Below are positions 27,752 through 37,931 of a stretch of 64,000 nt of DNA, one piece after another. A program made the translations under genes and the position numbers. The first letter of the stretch is position 1. Each line of letters starts with the position of its first letter. Origin of the DNA: Candidatus Thorarchaeota archaeon (GTDB lineage: Archaea > Asgardarchaeota > Thorarchaeia > Thorarchaeales > Thorarchaeaceae). The stretch covers positions 74,953-138,952 of the forward strand of contig DXJO01000004.1 in the NCBI GenBank assembly GCA_019057475.1. Direction: 5' to 3'. A model generated the notes under the pieces. That model saw only the letters and a program-made list of their open reading frames with translations. It was not told the DNA's origin and did no database searches.

Positions 27752-29092
27752 ATGAGCATGGTTGAAACAATTAGCAGAAAGAAGTGGAATTCGTTTGCTA
27801 TCTTCCTTATACTGGATGTCGTTCAGATTGCCTTTGTGTCTTTGTTGGTTCTTAATGAGTCTACTCCGCTAATAGTTAGCATTGATCCTGGGGGCTCAGA
27901 CCCATTCACCACAGTTTTTCAATTCATCGGAATCGCAGTTGCGCAGGCCGTCATGATATATCTCGTTGCAATGAGCATGTTACGGAAAGAAGGCATGGTT
28001 GAGCTCTATCCCAAGTTCGACGCCAGCACAAAGTGGGAATGTCAACACTCACAGGATAATCTTGTCAAGTGGACTCAGGAACTCGCAGAGAAGAGCGGGG
28101 TTTCTGTGGACAAGGTCTTTATCATGCGTTCTCCTTTGCCGAACGCTTTTACTTTCAGTCTGCCACTCATCGGAACCGTTATCGTAGTTCACACTAATCT
28201 CTTGGATGTGCTTAGCCAAAGTGAGGTCATGTCTGTCATTGCTCATGAGCTTGGACATGTCAAAAACACAGACTCCTTGATCTCTATCCTTGTAAGAATG
28301 CCCGCTTTCTTTGTTGACCTAATCTATCTATACGTATACGTGAGACTCGGACTTGGCGTAGCTAACTCTCTACTGGTGGATTTTGATCTATTTCTGGCGG
28401 TAATTCGTCTTGGCGTTCTGATTGCATTCTTCATCGCATCAAGGATGATAATGTCATGGTCAATCACCTTCGCTCAGAGAGCATCACGGGAAGCAGAGCT
28501 ACTTGCTGACCTTCATGCAGCGGAAGTTCTGGGAGCTGAAACCACCATTAATGCGCTCATTCGACTGGGTCAGAGAGCTGAAGCAGTGACTGCCCTCGTG
28601 AGTGAGATACGCTGGCTTGAGTCTTTGAACCCAGAGAGGATGAACCCCTTGACCAATGCAGAGATTAACCAGATGATTCTGTCGTACCCCCTGGACGCAA
28701 TAGATGAAACCAACGCGAAGCAGATGGCTCCGTGGGTCTTTCTTTCAACTCGCCTCACCAACATGCGCGATGTCTACGGTGTGGAACTTAGTGATCAACA
28801 GATAGAGGACGCTGTAGTTCCTGCGGCGCAGAATCTTCTTACTCGGAGGAAAAAGGAAACTCAGGATGAATCCAGCACAGAGCCCAAAAATCTGATTGTC
28901 GACTGGCGCAAGGTAGACTACGACGGTGACCGCCGGCTTTCGACTGAGGAGCTTGTTGACCTGCTTGCCATGCTTCGCCAAAATCCCAGCAAGATGATGT
29001 TTGACAGTGAAGTTGGCCGAAACCTGCTAATGATCGGCCATCCTGACTTTAGACGAAGGGTCATCTCACTTGCAGATGCTTTCAATCTTTAA
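27752..29092 (+). CDS. M48 (HtpX/Ste24-like) membrane zinc metalloprotease with EF-hand-containing insertion
   Basis: PNAFT, AHELGH, REAELLAD, terminal GHPDFRRRV; DYDGDRRLSTEE loop at 28916-28951. Confidence 0.92.
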   Translation: MSMVETISRKKWNSFAIFLILDVVQIAFVSLLVLNESTPLIVSIDPGGSDPFTTVFQFIGIAVAQAVMIYLVAMSMLRKEGMVELYPKFDASTKWECQHSQDNLVKWTQELAEKSGVSVDKVFIMRSPLPNAFTFSLPLIGTVIVVHTNLLDVLSQSEVMSVIAHELGHVKNTDSLISILVRMPAFFVDLIYLYVYVRLGLGVANSLLVDFDLFLAVIRLGVLIAFFIASRMIMSWSITFAQRASREAELLADLHAAEVLGAETTINALIRLGQRAEAVTALVSEIRWLESLNPERMNPLTNAEINQMILSYPLDAIDETNAKQMAPWVFLSTRLTNMRDVYGVELSDQQIEDAVVPAAQNLLTRRKKETQDESSTEPKNLIVDWRKVDYDGDRRLSTEELVDLLAMLRQNPSKMMFDSEVGRNLLMIGHPDFRRRVISLADAFNL

Positions 29093-29324
29093 ATTTGGCT
29101 TTCTCCACCAATATGTCAGAGCGAAGGGACAAGGTCCTGCTAGGACCGAATGCGTGCTTTGTCGCCTCATAATCACAGTCCAAGAGTGTCGCTGACCACA
29201 TGTTGCGTATTGGTTTGCCATCTACTGCAGCTCCCCGAGTATGACCATTCTGCAATGACTTGCCATACACAAATAGAACTGCCGCGAAGAGCAGAGATGC
29301 GACGAGCAAGACGGTGACGATCAT
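29082..29324 (-). CDS. Small single-TM hypothetical protein
   Basis: MIVTVLLVASLLFAAVLFVYG N-terminal TM; GAGGA upstream. Confidence 0.55.
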   Translation of the reverse strand: MIVTVLLVASLLFAAVLFVYGKSLQNGHTRGAAVDGKPIRNMWSATLLDCDYEATKHAFGPSRTLSLRSDILVEKAKFKD

Positions 29325-29403
29325 AGCTCTTGTTCTTCCTCTTAATGCGTTTAACCCTTGAGAAACCGGATAAATGGCATCACCGCTGGTGCTTTGCCTA
29401 TTT

Positions 29404-30279
29404 TCAGAACTGAGAGAGCGCTCCTTTCCTTCGTACATACCGCTCGGTGTATCTGAACATCAGGATGCCCACAACCACGTATATCACATCGAGTATCAGT
29501 AATGCCACAATTGCTGTCATAATCCCGGGTGCTGCGAATCCATACATCAGGAAGCCTCTGAAGGACTCCACAGTCCACGTAAGGGGCGATGCAACAGAAA
29601 CATACTGGAGCATCGGGTGAAGGATTGCAATAGGATATGCCATGGGCGCTACGAGCATCAGAGCACTCGATATGAATTCGATGATCATCCAGCCCTGTTT
29701 TGCCAGAAGCACAATGCAGGTCAGAGCGAACACGATGCCCTGCAGGGCTAATATTGAAAGCGCTACGATCGCGAGAGCGGGCAAGATGCCCCATGCATTT
29801 ATAGTCACACCGAAGAACAGCACTGCCGCCACAAGCTGAAGGATTACACCGAGACCTCCGTGCTGAAGGTTGTGCATCATGCTTCCCCAGACTATAGTGC
29901 TCCTCTTCATGGGCGTTGTCATGAGGGTTTCCAGGGTGCCAACGCTCTGTTCTCTTCTAAATGACATTCCAGTTCCCCAGAACATGCTCATCGCTAGCCC
30001 TGTGAATGCCGTCCCGATTGCGATGTAACTCAACCAGTCAGTCGTGCCAACAAGCTCCCCTAGAGCTGCAGACTCTGAGCCACCAACAACGGCATTCCCC
30101 GCAATAAGCATAGGAATAAACCAAAGGAAAGGCATAACGATGAACCACAGCACGCTTAGAGGGTAGCTGAACTCCACTTTCCACTGCTTGATTGCAAGAG
30201 CGTTAATCGCTCTTATCTCGGCTCTGAGGCCCTCACGTTTCCACATCTTCTGGAAGATGCTCTCTTTGTCGCCGTTCAT
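29404..30279 (-). CDS. ABC-2 type exporter permease
   Basis: REQSVGTLETLMTTP, YPIAILHP..SPLTW. Confidence 0.92.
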   Translation of the reverse strand: MNGDKESIFQKMWKREGLRAEIRAINALAIKQWKVEFSYPLSVLWFIVMPFLWFIPMLIAGNAVVGGSESAALGELVGTTDWLSYIAIGTAFTGLAMSMFWGTGMSFRREQSVGTLETLMTTPMKRSTIVWGSMMHNLQHGGLGVILQLVAAVLFFGVTINAWGILPALAIVALSILALQGIVFALTCIVLLAKQGWMIIEFISSALMLVAPMAYPIAILHPMLQYVSVASPLTWTVESFRGFLMYGFAAPGIMTAIVALLILDVIYVVVGILMFRYTERYVRRKGALSQF

Positions 30280-30282
30280 ATC

Positions 30283-31182
30283 CTAGAATCCTCCCATACT
30301 GCCACGATTCTTGGTCCAACGTTCTGCGTACTTGAAGGAGGCGATTCCTACAAGCCAGAAGAATAGGATTGTGATTCCAAGCCCAGTCGCTGATGATAGG
30401 AACTGACCAAGCTCGAATACACCAGTAATCGCCAGTTCTCGTATGACGATGATGGCTATCGTCGATGGAACCAGGTATGCAACGTATCTTGCCTGAGTAG
30501 GCAATGCCTGAAGCGGGTAGTTCACCGGCGAAACCGTGAATAGTGCCGTGTCCACGAATTGGGTTAGCACACTGGGGTCCTTGAAGACAAGGATCATTCC
30601 TGCCACCATGAAACCAAAGCCATACAAAGCAAGTATCATCATGAGCAGTAGTACTATAATTGGTGCGATGGCCGTCAGCGCGTAGGAAACCCCAAACAGG
30701 AAAGAGGCACTTATCAGCAATACAATAGCTGAGATTGAAGTCTGAATCGAGTCTGAAAGAGCTGCGCCAGTTAGGATACTAATTCTTGGCACCGGGGTTA
30801 CGAACAATGGCTCTAGTGTTCCAGAGAATTGCTCATAGCGGAAGTTATTCCCTACCGACCAGATGCTTGCATCCACGTACTGGTACACAAACCAGCCAAT
30901 GATTGCGAACTTGACGAAATCGTTGAAACCCGATAGCTCAGTGAAGGATGTGCTTGTGCCAGGCCCACCCAATGCCGTCATCATTAGCACGTAAGGTGCC
31001 AACCAGAGAAGTGGTAGCACTCCCCATATGAGAAAGTTGGCCGGGTATCTCATTGCTATCTTGAGGTTCTTGGCCGCAAATACGCGTGCGGCTGTCCAGT
31101 CCATCAGCCTGGGTTTGAATGAATCGAGATAGAGGCTGCCTGCATGAGGGGTCTCTTCAATGATAGTGTCAGCTATTGTCAA
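30283..31182 (-). CDS. ABC-2 type exporter permease
   Basis: YEQFSGTLEPLFVTP, YPLQALP; paralog of neighbour. Confidence 0.92.
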   Translation of the reverse strand: MTIADTIIEETPHAGSLYLDSFKPRLMDWTAARVFAAKNLKIAMRYPANFLIWGVLPLLWLAPYVLMMTALGGPGTSTSFTELSGFNDFVKFAIIGWFVYQYVDASIWSVGNNFRYEQFSGTLEPLFVTPVPRISILTGAALSDSIQTSISAIVLLISASFLFGVSYALTAIAPIIVLLLMMILALYGFGFMVAGMILVFKDPSVLTQFVDTALFTVSPVNYPLQALPTQARYVAYLVPSTIAIIVIRELAITGVFELGQFLSSATGLGITILFFWLVGIASFKYAERWTKNRGSMGGF

Positions 31183-32177
31183 TCTTCAATCCTCCGACCT
31201 GTTAGCTGAAGAAAAACGTCGTCCAGTGTGGGCTCCTTTACCTCAAAGTGCTCGACTCGAATACCTGGCAACTCGTGAAGATGGTTCAGCAGACGATGAG
31301 CTAGCTCGTATCCATCGTGTGAAGTGGCAATGATCTCTGCATGCCCATCCTTTGAAGTAATCGCCGCAGACATCACACTGTCCATCTTCTTGATTGTTTC
31401 AATGTCCGGTTTGCCCTCCACTCTGATGTGCAGGCTGTCGTAGTCGCGGACTGCTTTCTTGAGAGCCTTGGGCGTATCGAAGCTCTTGACCTCGCCCTCG
31501 TTGATGAGAGCAATCTTATCACAGAGCAAATCAGCCTCATGCATGTAATGAGTTGTCAATAGGATTGTCTTGTCGCTGAGTTTTTCGCTGATGTACTTCC
31601 TCAGGTCTGTTGCAAACGTCGGGTCAAGGCCTTGCGTGGGTTCGTCAAAGAGAAGTACTGGAGGGTCGTGAATTAGTGCCCTTGCGAATACGATCTTCAT
31701 GCGCATTCCATGGCTCAGTTTTTCCGTCTTCTCGTCAGCCTTCTCAAGGAGTTCCATCCTCCCAAGCAGCTCGTCAGCTCTCTCCTTTGCCTCATTGTGC
31801 GGCATTCTGTACAGTTTGGCGAAGAAGATCATGTTCTCCCTTGCTGTGAGCTTCCAGTAGATGCTCCGCTCGTTGCCTTGGCAGACTCCCATTGATGCGC
31901 GAGCGTGGGTTGATTCTCGCAGGATGTCGTATCCGTTAATGCGAGCAGTTCCAGACGTTGGGAGGACCAGAGTTGCTAAACACTTAATCAGAGTCGTCTT
32001 CCCCGCTCCGTTGGGTCCAAGCAAACCGTAGACTTTGCCTTGCGGAATATCCAGTGAAATGCCTTTTAGAGCCTCTACCCGTTTCTTCTCAACGGGAACT
32101 ACGATGGCTCTTCTTCGGATGCTGATGAACGTCTTTGTTAGGTTCTCAATCTCTACGGCATTGACTGTCAGTGTCAT
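31179..32177 (-). CDS. ABC-2 (DrrA-like) exporter ATPase
   Basis: GPNGAGKTT, LSHGM, DEPTQGLD, TTHYM, EPTLDDVF. Confidence 0.95.
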   Translation of the reverse strand: MTLTVNAVEIENLTKTFISIRRRAIVVPVEKKRVEALKGISLDIPQGKVYGLLGPNGAGKTTLIKCLATLVLPTSGTARINGYDILRESTHARASMGVCQGNERSIYWKLTARENMIFFAKLYRMPHNEAKERADELLGRMELLEKADEKTEKLSHGMRMKIVFARALIHDPPVLLFDEPTQGLDPTFATDLRKYISEKLSDKTILLTTHYMHEADLLCDKIALINEGEVKSFDTPKALKKAVRDYDSLHIRVEGKPDIETIKKMDSVMSAAITSKDGHAEIIATSHDGYELAHRLLNHLHELPGIRVEHFEVKEPTLDDVFLQLTGRRIED

Positions 32178-32479
32178 TACCTCCTCAACGAATAGTCGAG
32201 TTGAAGTTCGGGATGTTTGTTGGACACAACGTGTTGACCTTCTTCAATAAGACATCGTCCCTCGGCACTGCCGAGCTTCTGGTCAACTCGGAATGAAAAT
32301 GCAGAGTGGGATGTTAGTCCCTATGTTTCATCACGAACACCGAAGTTTCTCCCCTTTGCGGTCCGATATAAGCATTTCCAATAAAGCTGGGTTGGACTCC
32401 CAGAATAATAAAGATGGAGCAACTAGAATTGTATACTCCGATAACATCTTAGGTGCGAGTAGCGGTCTGAATCCCTACT

Positions 32480-33382
32480 ATGCAAGTCACCCCCGAGATG
32501 ATGATTGGATTAGCGACAGGTCTACTAGCATCAGCTATCTATGCGGTGTCTGTTGTTGTCTACAGGTCGCAGAGCGATTCCGTTCGACCTCTCGCAATCA
32601 GCTCGATCAAGATGTGGGTGGCATTGGCTTTCATGACCGCGCTGGTTATCCTTCCCATTGGTTCTGAGCCGTTCTACATTCCTCAGGGAGCGCTGGCATA
32701 CCTTGTCGTATCGGTGACTTTCGGTGCCGTGCTAGGTGACACTTTCTATCTAATGGCGCAAGAGAGAATCGGTGTTACTTACGCCTTTCCAATTGCGATG
32801 TCGTTTCCAATTTTCACCTATCTATTGGCCATTGCAGTTGGCCTTGAAGAACCCCTGCTGTCCAGATCTGCAGGCATCCTTTTGGCTGTAATGGGAGTCA
32901 TCCTCATTTCAAAGGAACAGGGGCAAGAAGAAGACCACTCAGCCAAGCGCAAGCTCGACAAAATCGGAGTAGGATTGGCTCTCCTGGTTGCCATATTCTA
33001 TGCGATGGGAGCTATCCTCCTACAAGTGGGAGTTGAAGATGTCAGCCCTATCGACGGCAATTTCGTTAGAGTGGCTTTCGGGTCCGTCGCATTCATCCCG
33101 TTGTTCCTCGTCGCCAAGCATCGTGGGATGCCGACACCTCCTCAGCAGTCCGTCAAGATAATAGCTGTTGCAGGACTGTTTGGAATGGGCTTGGGTTCGC
33201 TTCTCTACGTTTCTACTGTGAAGTTTGTGGGTGCCGCAGTCACCTCTGTTATTGGTTCTCTAGCCCCACTCTTCGCGCTGCCAATATCAGTAATCTTCCT
33301 GAAAGAACGTATCACCAGAGTTGCAATGCTCGGCGTCGTGGCTACAATCGCGGGAGTCATTCTCGTTGTTTTGGGATTGTGA
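32480..33382 (+). CDS. DMT/EamA family transporter
   Basis: Two 5-TM repeats; LAPLFA..FLKERIT. Confidence 0.92.
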   Translation: MQVTPEMMIGLATGLLASAIYAVSVVVYRSQSDSVRPLAISSIKMWVALAFMTALVILPIGSEPFYIPQGALAYLVVSVTFGAVLGDTFYLMAQERIGVTYAFPIAMSFPIFTYLLAIAVGLEEPLLSRSAGILLAVMGVILISKEQGQEEDHSAKRKLDKIGVGLALLVAIFYAMGAILLQVGVEDVSPIDGNFVRVAFGSVAFIPLFLVAKHRGMPTPPQQSVKIIAVAGLFGMGLGSLLYVSTVKFVGAAVTSVIGSLAPLFALPISVIFLKERITRVAMLGVVATIAGVILVVLGL

Positions 33383-33453
33383 CTATCACTTCATCTCCCA
33401 TGTCACTTAATAGCTAACCATCTCCAAAAGGTGATTGAGAAATTCATTCTGAG

Positions 33454-34059
33454 ATGGCATCAGTGATTGATTGGATCAACTTCATTGTGCTGGCAATGTC
33501 AACGGTACTAATGGCGCATTTCTACATCAAGAGTGTCGAACCTGCTGCTCTTGAGAAGGAGGTTGGCGAGTCTGCCTATTCCAAGTGCAAGCAGTACCGA
33601 ATCATTGCATCTGTCTTCGAAGTCGTAACGATTGTGAACTACCTAATCTACTACTTCCATCCGCTCTCCATTGATTTTCCGCAGCTCCTTCCGTGGGAAT
33701 ACTGGGTTTCTGTAGTCGTAGGGTTTGTCATTCTCATCCCCTCGCTGACTCTGATGTTCAAGGGCTTGAGGGATGCCGGCAAAGAAACCCTTGAACCTAG
33801 GAAGGAACATACATTGTACAGCGGAATCTATGAAACCCTTCGACATCCGCAGGCCTTTGGGGAGGCTTTCGTCTGGTTGGCCATTTCCTTCTTTCTTAAC
33901 TCGCCGTTTCTAATACTGTACTCATTTCTCTGGTTTCCCATATTCTACGTGTTCTGCATTGCAGAGGAGAGGGATCTAGTAATCAGATATGGGCAGCCTT
34001 ACTTGGAGTACAGGGACCGTGTAGGATTCCTGATTCCAAAGCGGAAACGGAAGGATTAA
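33454..34059 (+). CDS. Isoprenylcysteine carboxyl methyltransferase/PEMT-family membrane methyltransferase
   Basis: GIYETLRHPQ, AEERDL..YG..Y.EY. Confidence 0.88.
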   Translation: MASVIDWINFIVLAMSTVLMAHFYIKSVEPAALEKEVGESAYSKCKQYRIIASVFEVVTIVNYLIYYFHPLSIDFPQLLPWEYWVSVVVGFVILIPSLTLMFKGLRDAGKETLEPRKEHTLYSGIYETLRHPQAFGEAFVWLAISFFLNSPFLILYSFLWFPIFYVFCIAEERDLVIRYGQPYLEYRDRVGFLIPKRKRKD

Positions 34060-34130
34060 CCATTTCGTCTGTGTCTGCAGGAACACCTACATGGAAGAGT
34101 ATTTGACGGTCAAAACATCTTTCCCTCACT

Positions 34131-34988
34131 ATGGCATCTGCCACACCCTACACCAAAGATGGTCGCTTTTTAGTGAGCAAGACCCCTATCAGTGGTGGAT
34201 TGAAGAGTGATATCAAGCGAGCCGTGGAACTCATCGGTGGTTTTGAGGAAGTCATCGAAGATGGTGACACGGTGACCATCAAGCCGAATTTCAACACCGC
34301 TGACCCATATCCCGCATCAAGCGATCCAGAATTCATCAGAGCTCTAGGTGAGCTTCTTCTGGAAGCCGGAGCCGAGAAGATTCGAATCGTTGACAGTTCG
34401 ACTCTGAGGGTGTCGACGCGAGAAGTAGCCAGAAAGATTGGTTTCAACGAAGTAGCTGATGCCTTGGATGCAGACCTGATATTCCTTGATGAGAATGAAT
34501 GGGTGAAGGTGGACTTTCCCCGTGGCAAGTTCCTCAAGAAAGGCTCAATCGGGAAGCCACTGCTTGACCTTGGAAAGCTTGTGCTGGCTCCATGTCTCAA
34601 GACACACAAGCTTGCGAGATTCACTGCGAGTATGAAACTCTTTGTGGGCTGGATTAAGCATAGGGAGCGACTTAGGATGCACGCACGACGATTGGAGCAG
34701 AAGGCTGTTGACCTAGCCTCGTACTTCCAGCCATCTCTAATAGTTATGGACGCCCGGAAGTGCTTTGTGACAGGTGGCCCCATGAGTGGGCAGTTGGAGT
34801 GCTCTGGTTTCATTCTCGCCAGTGGAGATATGGTTTCCATAGATGTTGAGGGCGTGAGGATTCTTCAGAGCTACGGGACAAAGAATCGACTGGACCGGAA
34901 TGTCTGGGAACTCCCTCAGATCGCTCATGCAGTTGAGATTGGCATCGGGGCCAAGAGTGATGCTGAAATCGAGCTAGTTGTTAACTAG
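34131..34988 (+). CDS. DUF362 domain protein
   Basis: VTIKPN, PCLKTH..T.SMK, LIVMDA, ASGDMVSID. Confidence 0.88.
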   Translation: MASATPYTKDGRFLVSKTPISGGLKSDIKRAVELIGGFEEVIEDGDTVTIKPNFNTADPYPASSDPEFIRALGELLLEAGAEKIRIVDSSTLRVSTREVARKIGFNEVADALDADLIFLDENEWVKVDFPRGKFLKKGSIGKPLLDLGKLVLAPCLKTHKLARFTASMKLFVGWIKHRERLRMHARRLEQKAVDLASYFQPSLIVMDARKCFVTGGPMSGQLECSGFILASGDMVSIDVEGVRILQSYGTKNRLDRNVWELPQIAHAVEIGIGAKSDAEIELVVN

Positions 34989-35011
34989 TCAACGTGCAGG
35001 CATGCTAAGAG

Positions 35012-35656
35012 ATGAGAACATTGAACAATGACTCCATGCTATACAACATGCGCTCCCTTGATTATGAGGAAGTGAATGGGTCCGCTCTTCACCCAGGCCT
35101 TGTCTACAGGTCCGCTCTGCCTTTGTTTCAAAAGGAGCCCGAGATGATTCGCATACTGCAGGCTCATGGAGTCAAAACCATAATCGACCTTCGCACTGAT
35201 GGAGAGAAGAGTGATCATTGCTACAGCGAGGCCGTGCTCTCGCGTTTTGAAATCATGTCCGTGCCAATAGATTCGTTCACATCTGTTAGGCGGCCCGATG
35301 ATGACTATTCTGACTACATGAGTCCACTTCATCATATCTTCCAAGAATGCAGAAAGGGCATATCCCAGGTGTTCAGCATTTTACAGGCTCGCGAGAGCTA
35401 TCCCGTTCTCTTCCACTGTTTTGCAGGGCGTGATAGGGCTGGCGTGATTGCTGCTCTTCTTCTCGATCTCCTGGGCTTCAGCAAGGAAACCATTGTACAA
35501 GATTACATGCTGTCGCCGGGGGCCAAAGCAGCAAACATCAAACAGCTAGTTGCTGAGGTACAACGGATGGGCGGAGCCACAGACTATCTTCAGCAAGAAG
35601 TGGGGCTGACTTCGCAACAGATAGACCAAGTACGCTCAAATCTCTTAGTTCGTTAG
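35012..35656 (+). CDS. Protein tyrosine/dual-specificity phosphatase (Y_phosphatase3/IphP-like)
   Basis: VYRSA, IIDLR, HCFAGRDRAG CX5R loop, IVQDY. Confidence 0.92.
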   Translation: MRTLNNDSMLYNMRSLDYEEVNGSALHPGLVYRSALPLFQKEPEMIRILQAHGVKTIIDLRTDGEKSDHCYSEAVLSRFEIMSVPIDSFTSVRRPDDDYSDYMSPLHHIFQECRKGISQVFSILQARESYPVLFHCFAGRDRAGVIAALLLDLLGFSKETIVQDYMLSPGAKAANIKQLVAEVQRMGGATDYLQQEVGLTSQQIDQVRSNLLVR

Positions 35657-35669
35657 TGGCCGGGTTGTT

Positions 35670-37931
35670 CTAGGAGCTCTTGTTGGACTTTCTCCTTTGC
35701 CTCGGGAACCGGATTTTGAACGCGACGCCTTTGCTATGGTTTCCAGCTACACGATCGACGATTAGTATTTCGCCGCCGTACTTGTCAACAATTTGCTTGG
35801 ATTGGTGAAGACCTAAACCCCCAAATCTACGTGACATATCAAAGATTCCGGCCTTCGAAGCATCTGTTATCCCCGGTCCATTATCAGCAATTGAGAGTAT
35901 AAACGCATCCTCTTGCTCCTGCAGTTTCACCCATACCCGCTTGTCTTCTCTAGGATTGTGTTCCACTGCGTTCATCAATAAGTTAGAGATCAGCAGTTCA
36001 AGATACTCATCTGCACGAACCACGGCATCTTGAGTTCCAAACGATGTGTCGAATTCTGCTTCCACACGACTTGAGATGGCCCTTATGCAACCAGCGGCTG
36101 CCAAGTTTAGAGACTTCTCCTCCATCGGGACTGTCATGAGTTGTTCTGTTGCCCGTGCCTCCCCAATCAGCCTTGCACATCTGCTAACAGCTTCATTGAT
36201 GATATCGAGGAATGAGTCCTTGATTGTGTCTTCTGTCGCGCTTCGCATCAGAGTCGCGCTATTCAGGATGACTTGAAGTTGGTTGGTTATGTCGTGACCC
36301 ATAAGGTCTTGATACAGGTGGGCTCTATCTTTTGCTGCTCGAACGTCTTTCTCCGACTTCTTTGCGTGCGTCACATCTACAAATACAGTCTGAATCGCAG
36401 GCGTTCCTTCGTATTCTATTCTATTAGTGAAGTTTTCTACCCAGCGTATTTCTCCGTCCTTTCTCAAGAGTCGTATCTCGAAACTGGATGTCTGGAGCTT
36501 GTCTTCTTCTCCACCAGGCATCCTCTCCTTAAGGAGGTCGACGTCATCGGGGTGGATGAGATCCCACGCTTGCTTCAGCGACATTGTAAGAAGGACCTCG
36601 ACTTCGTAACCAACCAAGTCCGCGAATGCGGAGTTTACGTAGGCAAATCCGTTGTTGTTGAGGATAGTCAGACCCTGCATGGACTGTTCAGCCAGCGTTC
36701 GATACTTCAGCTCTGATCTGCTCAGCGCTTCAATAGAGGTCTTTAGCTGAATATCAGCATGCCTTCTCTTGGTGATGTCCCGAACTAAGCCCATGAATGC
36801 CTTTGGTTGACCGTTGGAGTTTCGAAGCAGAGAAGCGCTCATCTCTGCGGGGAATTCCGTTCCGTCATTGCGAATCATGGTGTACTCAACATCGCGTATC
36901 GCTCCCTCAGCCAATGTCTTCTGGAGGTTGGCCATGGCGAGCTCCCTATCCCCTGGGACAATCATTTCGATGGCAGGCTTGCCTAGCAGTTCCTCTTCGG
37001 TTTCGCAGCCATGCATCTTGATTGCCTGCTTATTGGCCATTATGAGGTTACCTTCTAGGTCAGTTAGCGTGATTGCATCTGGGGAGGTTTCTATCAGAAC
37101 CCTGTAGAGATTCTCCGTTTCTCGTTGTTTTGCTTCTGCCTCTTCTCTCTCTGTCCTGTCGATTATCAGTATTTCGAGTGCACGCTCTCCATCATATTCT
37201 ATCAGGCTTGAGAACGCCTCTACAAATAGGAGAGAGCCATCTTTCTTGATGAACCTGTACTGGTATTGTGTGGGGGTCTGTCTTCCCTCCCTTCGGTCCG
37301 CTGCGTATTCTAGGAGCCTGCTTTTATCATCGGGATGGACAAGTCCCCATCCTTCTTCGGATGTCATCTCCAGAATTTCATCAACAGAGTAACCCACCAT
37401 GTCTGCGAATGCTTGGTTGACGTACGTGTACCGGCTGTTCTGTATCACAGTGACACCCTGAAGCGGCTTCTCTACCAGGGTCTTGTACCTCGCTTCTGAA
37501 CGCGCAAGGGCTTCCTCTGCCTCCTTGAACGCTGTCATGTCAAGGATGACCGCGAACGAGCCCCTATGCTTGCCTTTATAATCGATTAGAGGGGCACCTG
37601 ATACAATCGTAGGGACACCTTCACCGGTCCTAGACGTCCACACTAGCTCGTATTGAGATGCTAGACCTTTCTTTCTTCTTTTCACGTTCGCCTTGAGTAC
37701 TTTGGTGTTCTCCGAATCAAGGAAATCGGTCAGCTTGAAGCCAATCATTGCATCAAGAGTGTATCCGAGCATGTCGGAGAATCGCTTGTTCACGTAGGTG
37801 AAGACATTCTTTTTGTCGACTACGGCGAATCCTTCATTCATCGAGTCCACTAGCGCACGATAACGGAGAATATCATCGCTAGTATCCATGCTTTCCATTG
37901 GCGTTTCTCTCAAAGGAGGCTTGTCACTCAT
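35670..37931 (-). CDS. Cytoplasmic sensor histidine kinase with four PAS domains
   Basis: Four PAS/PAC repeats (YVN.., HPDD, DIT); H-box GHDITNQLQ; NAVEH, DNGPGI, GLGL. Confidence 0.93.
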   Translation of the reverse strand: MSDKPPLRETPMESMDTSDDILRYRALVDSMNEGFAVVDKKNVFTYVNKRFSDMLGYTLDAMIGFKLTDFLDSENTKVLKANVKRRKKGLASQYELVWTSRTGEGVPTIVSGAPLIDYKGKHRGSFAVILDMTAFKEAEEALARSEARYKTLVEKPLQGVTVIQNSRYTYVNQAFADMVGYSVDEILEMTSEEGWGLVHPDDKSRLLEYAADRREGRQTPTQYQYRFIKKDGSLLFVEAFSSLIEYDGERALEILIIDRTEREEAEAKQRETENLYRVLIETSPDAITLTDLEGNLIMANKQAIKMHGCETEEELLGKPAIEMIVPGDRELAMANLQKTLAEGAIRDVEYTMIRNDGTEFPAEMSASLLRNSNGQPKAFMGLVRDITKRRHADIQLKTSIEALSRSELKYRTLAEQSMQGLTILNNNGFAYVNSAFADLVGYEVEVLLTMSLKQAWDLIHPDDVDLLKERMPGGEEDKLQTSSFEIRLLRKDGEIRWVENFTNRIEYEGTPAIQTVFVDVTHAKKSEKDVRAAKDRAHLYQDLMGHDITNQLQVILNSATLMRSATEDTIKDSFLDIINEAVSRCARLIGEARATEQLMTVPMEEKSLNLAAAGCIRAISSRVEAEFDTSFGTQDAVVRADEYLELLISNLLMNAVEHNPREDKRVWVKLQEQEDAFILSIADNGPGITDASKAGIFDMSRRFGGLGLHQSKQIVDKYGGEILIVDRVAGNHSKGVAFKIRFPRQRRKSNKSS

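Noticed and set aside
34148-34840. 230-aa antisense ORF over DUF362, and similar antisense ORFs over opp, copA, ABC and S8 genes
   Set aside because: Shadow frames of well-supported genes; no motifs, Ser/Pro/Thr-rich composition typical of antisense reading.
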